DNA of 58,306 nt from Candidatus Hadarchaeum sp. (lineage in GTDB: Archaea; Hadarchaeota; Hadarchaeia; Hadarchaeales; Hadarchaeaceae), in the NCBI GenBank assembly GCA_020725055.1, contig DYFS01000003.1, positions 1 to 58,306 of the forward strand. Reading direction: 5' to 3'. Both the position numbers and the translations under genes were made by a program. Positions 53,669 through 58,306 of this stretch are shown piece by piece. A model generated the notes under the pieces. That model saw only the letters and a list, made by a program, of their open reading frames with translations. It ran no database searches and had not been told where the DNA came from. How positions within the stretch are numbered: position 1 is the first letter of the stretch; the number at the start of each line of letters is the position of its first letter.

Positions 53669-54609
53669 GCACGGCTATGAAATCCACACGCGACGCGTAC
53701 GGCGAGTGCTTGGTCGAGCTGAGCGCTGACCCACGGATAGTGGTGCTGGACGCGGACACCTCAGTCTCAACCCGGACGAACAAATTCGCCGCGAAGTGCC
53801 CAGATAGGTTCTTCAACGTTGGGTGCGCCGAGCAGAATTTGGTAGCCACCGCAGCGGGTTTCGCGTACGCGGGCAAAACCGCGATTGCGACGGCGTATGC
53901 AATTTTTGCAACGGGCAGGCCCTGGGAGCAGATAAGGAATTTTGTAGCCCACGACAAGCTAAACGTGAAAATAATCGTGACCCACGCCGGGCTGACGAAC
54001 GGTCCAGATGGGGCTTCTCACCACTCACTCGAGGACATCGCGGCGCTAAGGGTTATCCCGAACATGACCATCATCGTGCCGGCCGATGCGGAGGAGGCGA
54101 AGCAGGCGATACGCGCGGCGGTCGAGCACCCGGGGCCGTGCTACATCCGGCTGAGCAGGGCGGAGAGCCCGGTGATCTTTGGCCCTAGCTACAAGTTCGA
54201 GCTGGGGAAAGGGGTAGTTTTGAGGGACGGGCGGGATTTGGCAATCATCGCCACTGGGAACATGGTCGCAAAAGCCCTCGAGGCCGCCGAGATTCTGGAG
54301 AAAAAGGGGATAAACGCGAGGGTTATCAACATCTCAACGATTAAACCCATCGACAGGGAAATCGTGCTGAACGCGGCTAGGGAGACTGGGGCAGTGGTTA
54401 CAGCCGAGGAGCACAACGCGATCGGCGGTTTTGGGGGGGCCGTGGCAGAGGTTCTGGGTGCCGGACAGCCGGTACCGGTGGAGTTCGTAGGAGTGAGGGA
54501 CAGATTCGGTCAGACGGGCGAGACAGAGGAGCTCTACGAGACATACGGCCTAACAGCTGAGAAAATCGTCGAGGCTTCCAAAAGGGTCCTTTCGAGGAAA
54601 AGGGGATGA
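53665..54609 (+). CDS. Transketolase, C-terminal subunit
   Basis: RDAYGE.L.........VVLDADTS.ST and EQN....AAG.A..G motifs. ATGA overlap with the N-terminal subunit. Confidence 0.9.
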   Translation: MSTAMKSTRDAYGECLVELSADPRIVVLDADTSVSTRTNKFAAKCPDRFFNVGCAEQNLVATAAGFAYAGKTAIATAYAIFATGRPWEQIRNFVAHDKLNVKIIVTHAGLTNGPDGASHHSLEDIAALRVIPNMTIIVPADAEEAKQAIRAAVEHPGPCYIRLSRAESPVIFGPSYKFELGKGVVLRDGRDLAIIATGNMVAKALEAAEILEKKGINARVINISTIKPIDREIVLNAARETGAVVTAEEHNAIGGFGGAVAEVLGAGQPVPVEFVGVRDRFGQTGETEELYETYGLTAEKIVEASKRVLSRKRG

Positions 54610-55310
54610 AGGCCGTAATTTTGGCGGGTGGGCTTGGAACGAGGCTCAGGCCCATCATCAGCGGGGTACCAAAACCCATGGCAGAGGTGCTCGGAAAGCC
54701 ATTTTTGAGGTGGCAGGTGGAACAGCTGAAAAAGTTCGGCTTGCGCGATGTGGTTATATCTACCGGTTACATGGGTCACAAAATCAAGGACTACTTTGGT
54801 GATGGAAGGAGGTTCGGCGTTAACATCGAGTACGCCGAGGAGCACGAGCCGCTGGGCACGGGCGGCGGGCTAAAAAATGCTTCACGCTACCTGATAGGCG
54901 AGCGTGATTTTCTTGTGGTAAGCGGCGACACATATCTCGACCTAGATTTTCCTGCTTTCCTGAGGTTCCACGGGGAGAAACGCGCCTTGATTACCATGGC
55001 GCTGGCGAGGAGGGAAAAGCCTTCCAAGTCCGGGTGCGCGATGGTCAACGAGGGCAGCAGGATCGTCGAATTCGTGGAGAGGAGGAGGGGCGCGGGGCTG
55101 ATCAACGCGGGCTATCTCCTCTTCAGCTCCGAGGTGTTCGACCACCTGCCGAAGGGGGACAAATTTTCCTTGGAGTACGACTTGTATCCAAAGCTGATAA
55201 AGACAGGGCGCGTATTTGGGTACGTGGCGAGCGGCTATTTCAGGGACATGGGGAACCCGGAGGATTACGAGATGATGAAAAAGGAGCTGGTGGTGGTTAT
55301 ACGGAAATAA
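54606..55310 (+). CDS. hddC: Sugar-1-phosphate nucleotidyltransferase (HddC-like D-glycero-alpha-D-manno-heptose-1-P guanylyltransferase)
   Basis: MKAVILAGGLGTRLRP...PKPM motif. Sits in the context of hddA/gmhA/gmhB. Confidence 0.7.
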   Translation: MKAVILAGGLGTRLRPIISGVPKPMAEVLGKPFLRWQVEQLKKFGLRDVVISTGYMGHKIKDYFGDGRRFGVNIEYAEEHEPLGTGGGLKNASRYLIGERDFLVVSGDTYLDLDFPAFLRFHGEKRALITMALARREKPSKSGCAMVNEGSRIVEFVERRRGAGLINAGYLLFSSEVFDHLPKGDKFSLEYDLYPKLIKTGRVFGYVASGYFRDMGNPEDYEMMKKELVVVIRK

Positions 55311-56317
55311 AGGCCAGGGCACCCTTCAGGATAAGCTTCGGAGGGGGCGGGACGGATGTGCCCCCCTACTGCCAGGAGTACGGTGGCGCGGTAGTAAGTA
55401 CGACAATCGATAAGTACGCCTATGCCACATTGAAGCCCACTGGCGCGAAGCGGATCAATGTGCACTCGATCGACTTCAACATGAAGAAGAGCTTCGAGCT
55501 CGGGAGGCTCGCATACGACGGCCAGCTCGACTTGATAAAGGCCGTCATCAACGAGTTCAACGTCAAGGAAGGGTTCGGCCTAACGACAAGCGCCGACATG
55601 CCAGCCGGCTCTGGGATGGGGACTTCGTCGTCGATGGCGGTCGCGCTGATAAGTTGCCTCAAAGAGTTCACGGGCAAGCGCATGGACAGGCGAGAAATCG
55701 CCGAGCTCGCGTACCACGTTGAGCGGGAGGAGCTCAAGGAGAAGGGCGGCTACCAGGACCAGTACGCTGCGGCGTTCGGTGGGCTCAACTACATGGAGTT
55801 CAGCAAGAGCGGGGTTGTGGTCACGCCCATCCCCCTGCGACCCGAGGTTCTGAACGAGCTCCAGCTGGGCTTGCTCCTCTTCTTCACGGGTGAGACTAGG
55901 TTGTCGAGCGAAATCCACGAGGACATGGCGAGGCGCTGCAAGAAGGAGAAAAGCGACTATCTGACGGCCATGCGCAATCTGAAAAAAGTCGCGGACGAGA
56001 TGAAGCTAGCCCTGCTCAAGGAAGACCTGCAAAGATTCGGGGAGCTCCTGCACGAGGGATGGGTAGAAAAAAGGCGACTTTCTGGAAAAATCACAACCCC
56101 CCAAATCGAGGCGCTTTATGAGGCCGCGAGGCAGAGGGGGGCGCTGGGCGGCAAGATCCTGGGTGCAGGGGGCGGTGGGCACCTTTTGGTGTTTTGCGAG
56201 CCAAGGCGAAGATCCGAGGTAGCAAGCGAATTGGTTAAGTACGGCGCCAGAGAAGTTCCTTTTAGATTTGAGCCTAAGGGGTTACAGACGTGGAGGGTTG
56301 AGAATGAAGATAGCTGA
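55307..56317 (+). CDS. hddA: GHMP-family sugar kinase (HddA-like D-glycero-alpha-D-manno-heptose-7-P kinase)
   Basis: [15 protein letters not shown]-terminus and GHMP motif [10 protein letters not shown]. The start is unresolved. No ATG/GTG/TTG lies in frame between the far-upstream GTG at 55034 and the conserved N-terminus, so 55307 (an ATA codon) is only a placeholder. Confidence 0.7.
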   Translation: MKARAPFRISFGGGGTDVPPYCQEYGGAVVSTTIDKYAYATLKPTGAKRINVHSIDFNMKKSFELGRLAYDGQLDLIKAVINEFNVKEGFGLTTSADMPAGSGMGTSSSMAVALISCLKEFTGKRMDRREIAELAYHVEREELKEKGGYQDQYAAAFGGLNYMEFSKSGVVVTPIPLRPEVLNELQLGLLLFFTGETRLSSEIHEDMARRCKKEKSDYLTAMRNLKKVADEMKLALLKEDLQRFGELLHEGWVEKRRLSGKITTPQIEALYEAARQRGALGGKILGAGGGGHLLVFCEPRRRSEVASELVKYGAREVPFRFEPKGLQTWRVENEDS

Positions 56318-56870
56318 GCTGCTTGAAGAGAGCACTAGGGTGAAAAAGGAGCTCTGTGGGCAGACATCAGAGCTTGAGAAGATAGAGAGGGTTTCGAAGG
56401 CAGTCGTGAAGGCGCTTAAAAACGGGTGCAAGGTGGTCCTTTTTGGGAACGGCGGGAGCGCGGCCGACGCCCAGCATATCGCGTGTGAGCTCGCGGGCAG
56501 GTTCAAGAAGGAGCGACGGGGGCTACCCGCGATTTCCCTAACCACAAACACCTCGGCCCTGACGGCGATCGCGAACGACTACAGCTACGACGAGGTCTTT
56601 TCAAGGCAGGTAGAAGGGATAGTGGGCAAGGGCGACATTGTCGTGGGCATAAGCACAAGTGGGAACTCTATCAACGTAATCAAGGGCATGGAGGCTGCGA
56701 AGCGACGTGGGGCGCTCACGGTTGGGCTTACAGGCTCAACCGGGGGCAAGCTAGGCAAGGTCGTCGACATCTGCATCCGCGTGCCCTCGAACGACACCCC
56801 GCGCATCCAAGAGGCGCACATCACAATAGGGCACATCATCTGCCAGCTCGTCGAAGAGGGGCTGTTTTGA
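56304..56870 (+). CDS. gmhA: Phosphoheptose isomerase (SIS domain)
   Basis: [18 protein letters not shown] and the C-terminal QE.H....H motif. Confidence 0.88.
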   Translation: MKIAELLEESTRVKKELCGQTSELEKIERVSKAVVKALKNGCKVVLFGNGGSAADAQHIACELAGRFKKERRGLPAISLTTNTSALTAIANDYSYDEVFSRQVEGIVGKGDIVVGISTSGNSINVIKGMEAAKRRGALTVGLTGSTGGKLGKVVDICIRVPSNDTPRIQEAHITIGHIICQLVEEGLF

Positions 56871-57394
56871 GGGTTGCGGTATTTCTCGATCGCGACGGGA
56901 CGATTTGTAGGGACGTGCACTACATGCGTAGCCCAGAACAGTTCGAGCTCCTGCCGGGCGCCGCAGAGGGCATAAAGCTCCTGAATGAGCTCGGCGTGAA
57001 GGTGATTGTGGCGACGAACCAGTCTGGTGTGGCGAGGGGGTACTTCACGGAGGAGACCCTCAAAAAAATCCACGAGCGGATGGTTGAGGAACTCTCGAGG
57101 GAGGGGGCTAAGGTAGACGCAATCTATTACTGCCCACACCATCCCGACGACAACTGTGAGTGCAGGAAGCCGAAAATCGGGATGCTGGAGCGGGCCGTAC
57201 GCGATTTTGGGTTGAACCTGGGCAAGTGCTTCATCATCGGGGACAAAAAACTCGACGTTGAGACCGGGCAAAACGCGGGGTGTACGAGCGTGCTCATCAC
57301 AGGTCCCGAAACCGAGCCGGAGGTTAAGGCTGACCACGCGGCGGCAAACCTCCGCGAGGCGGCAAGATTGATAGCTAAAGAAATCCGCGGGTAA
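56867..57394 (+). CDS. gmhB: D,D-heptose 1,7-bisphosphate phosphatase (HAD family)
   Basis: [16 protein letters not shown], the YYCPHHP.....C.CRKP zinc motif, and GD...D. Confidence 0.88.
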   Translation: MRVAVFLDRDGTICRDVHYMRSPEQFELLPGAAEGIKLLNELGVKVIVATNQSGVARGYFTEETLKKIHERMVEELSREGAKVDAIYYCPHHPDDNCECRKPKIGMLERAVRDFGLNLGKCFIIGDKKLDVETGQNAGCTSVLITGPETEPEVKADHAAANLREAARLIAKEIRG

Positions 57395-57440
57395 AGCATT
57401 TATTCGTCGATGCATCTGTGGTTTTGTTCGGAGGGATGAG

Positions 57441-58306
57441 GTGAAGATATTCATCGATACCGCAAAATTGGGAGAAATCAAGGAGGCCCTCACTTGGGGC
57501 ATTGTCGACGGGGTGACGACTAATCCTACTTTGTTGAGGGAGGCGATAGAAGAGGAGAAGAAAAAAGGTAGGGATGTGGACCTCGAGAGCTACGTTAGGG
57601 AAATATGCAAAGTGGCGGGGAGAGGCAGACCCGTGAGCTTGGAGATTCTCAGCCAAAAAGCCGGCGAGATGGTCGAGGAAGCCCGTATCCTACATAAAAA
57701 ATTCAATCCCATCGCCAGGAATGTTGTCATAAAAATCCCCGTTAACACGCGCACGGCCCCCGGGATGGGTGATTATGAAGGTTTAAAAGCGATAAAAAAG
57801 CTGAGCGGGGGGGAGATCCCGGTAAACGCGACTTTGGTGATGACCCCGGAACAAGCGCTAGTAGCGGCGAAGGCCGGGGCTGCCTACGTGAGCCCTTTCG
57901 CCGGGAGGGTCGACGATTACGTGAGAAAAAATTTGGGAATCAGCTTCGGAAAGTACGATTATTTTGACTTCAACTTGGTGAGAAAAATAGCCGGGGAAAA
58001 GCTCGGGGGGCGCCTGAAGGAGCTCGGCGGTGAAATCCCATCGGTTTATTCTGACGAGGTGGTGGGAAGGACCAGCGATGTCGGGGGGAATGGGGGCATC
58101 GTGGGCGGGGTGGAGTTGGTGAGGAAGATTGTGGAAATTTTCAGGAAATATGGCATAAAAACGGAGGTGATCGCCGCCAGCATGAGGCACCCCCGGCAGG
58201 TCAGGGAGGTGGCTGAAGCCGGGGCGGATATCGCGACCATACCGTTCGAGGTGCTCCAGGCCATGCTCAAGCACCCCAAGACAGAGGAGGGCGTCGAGAG
58301 ATTCCG
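57441..58306 (+). CDS. tal: Transaldolase / fructose-6-phosphate-aldolase family protein (3' end beyond the window)
   Basis: Manual translation from the GTG at 57441: VKIFIDTAKLGEIKEALTWGIVDGVTTNPTLL..., Schiff-base region VVIKIP, and YVSPFAGRVDD. The frame stays open to the window edge, so it is absent from the ORF track. Confidence 0.85.
   Translation, partial: MKIFIDTAKLGEIKEALTWGIVDGVTTNPTLLREAIEEEKKKGRDVDLESYVREICKVAGRGRPVSLEILSQKAGEMVEEARILHKKFNPIARNVVIKIPVNTRTAPGMGDYEGLKAIKKLSGGEIPVNATLVMTPEQALVAAKAGAAYVSPFAGRVDDYVRKNLGISFGKYDYFDFNLVRKIAGEKLGGRLKELGGEIPSVYSDEVVGRTSDVGGNGGIVGGVELVRKIVEIFRKYGIKTEVIAASMRHPRQVREVAEAGADIATIPFEVLQAMLKHPKTEEGVERF

Noticed and set aside
55034-55306. N-terminal extension of the HddA-like ORF from GTG 55034
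   Set aside because: It would overlap hddC by about 92 codons and encodes Arg/Gly/Glu-rich, non-conserved sequence. It is treated as an open-frame artefact.

Overview
This is an archaeal chromosomal segment, GC-rich by eye. Most of it is conserved informational and housekeeping genes. These include aEF-2, KsgA, endonuclease III, the ADP-forming acetyl-CoA synthetase alpha subunit, deoxyhypusine synthase, ribosomal protein S8e, and ScpB-ScpA-SMC. Also present are G1P dehydrogenase, proteasome beta subunit, aCPSF1, ZPR1, SepF, LSm-L37e and DtdA. A long conserved run follows: FtsZ-SecE-Spt5-(OB fold)-L11-L1-P0-P1, then AlaRS and LeuRS. There are three tRNA genes. Two of them carry non-canonical introns and flank an AT-rich LAGLIDADG endonuclease gene. 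Three accessory regions stand out. (1) A ~10.3 kb cell-surface island (30.6-40.9 kb) sits between alaS and leuS and is bracketed by two copies of the leuS 5' end. It holds a signal-peptide ORF of 554 aa and a 2164-aa multidomain ORF that share one reading frame, separated by a single TGA. (2) A lower-GC island (44.5-49.0 kb) holds AbiE and VapBC toxin-antitoxin modules plus an uncharacterised gene pair. Three copies of a short conserved core split it into cassette-like units. (3) A heptose-nucleotide biosynthesis cluster (51.1-58.3 kb) is physically fused with split transketolase and transaldolase genes. Other oddities are an SMC of only 753 aa with no recognisable hinge, a pair of near-identical AT-rich hairpins upstream of alaS, and an orphan CARF-like Rossmann protein. 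No rRNA genes or CRISPR arrays were seen. All family assignments come from motif recognition by eye. No database searches were run.
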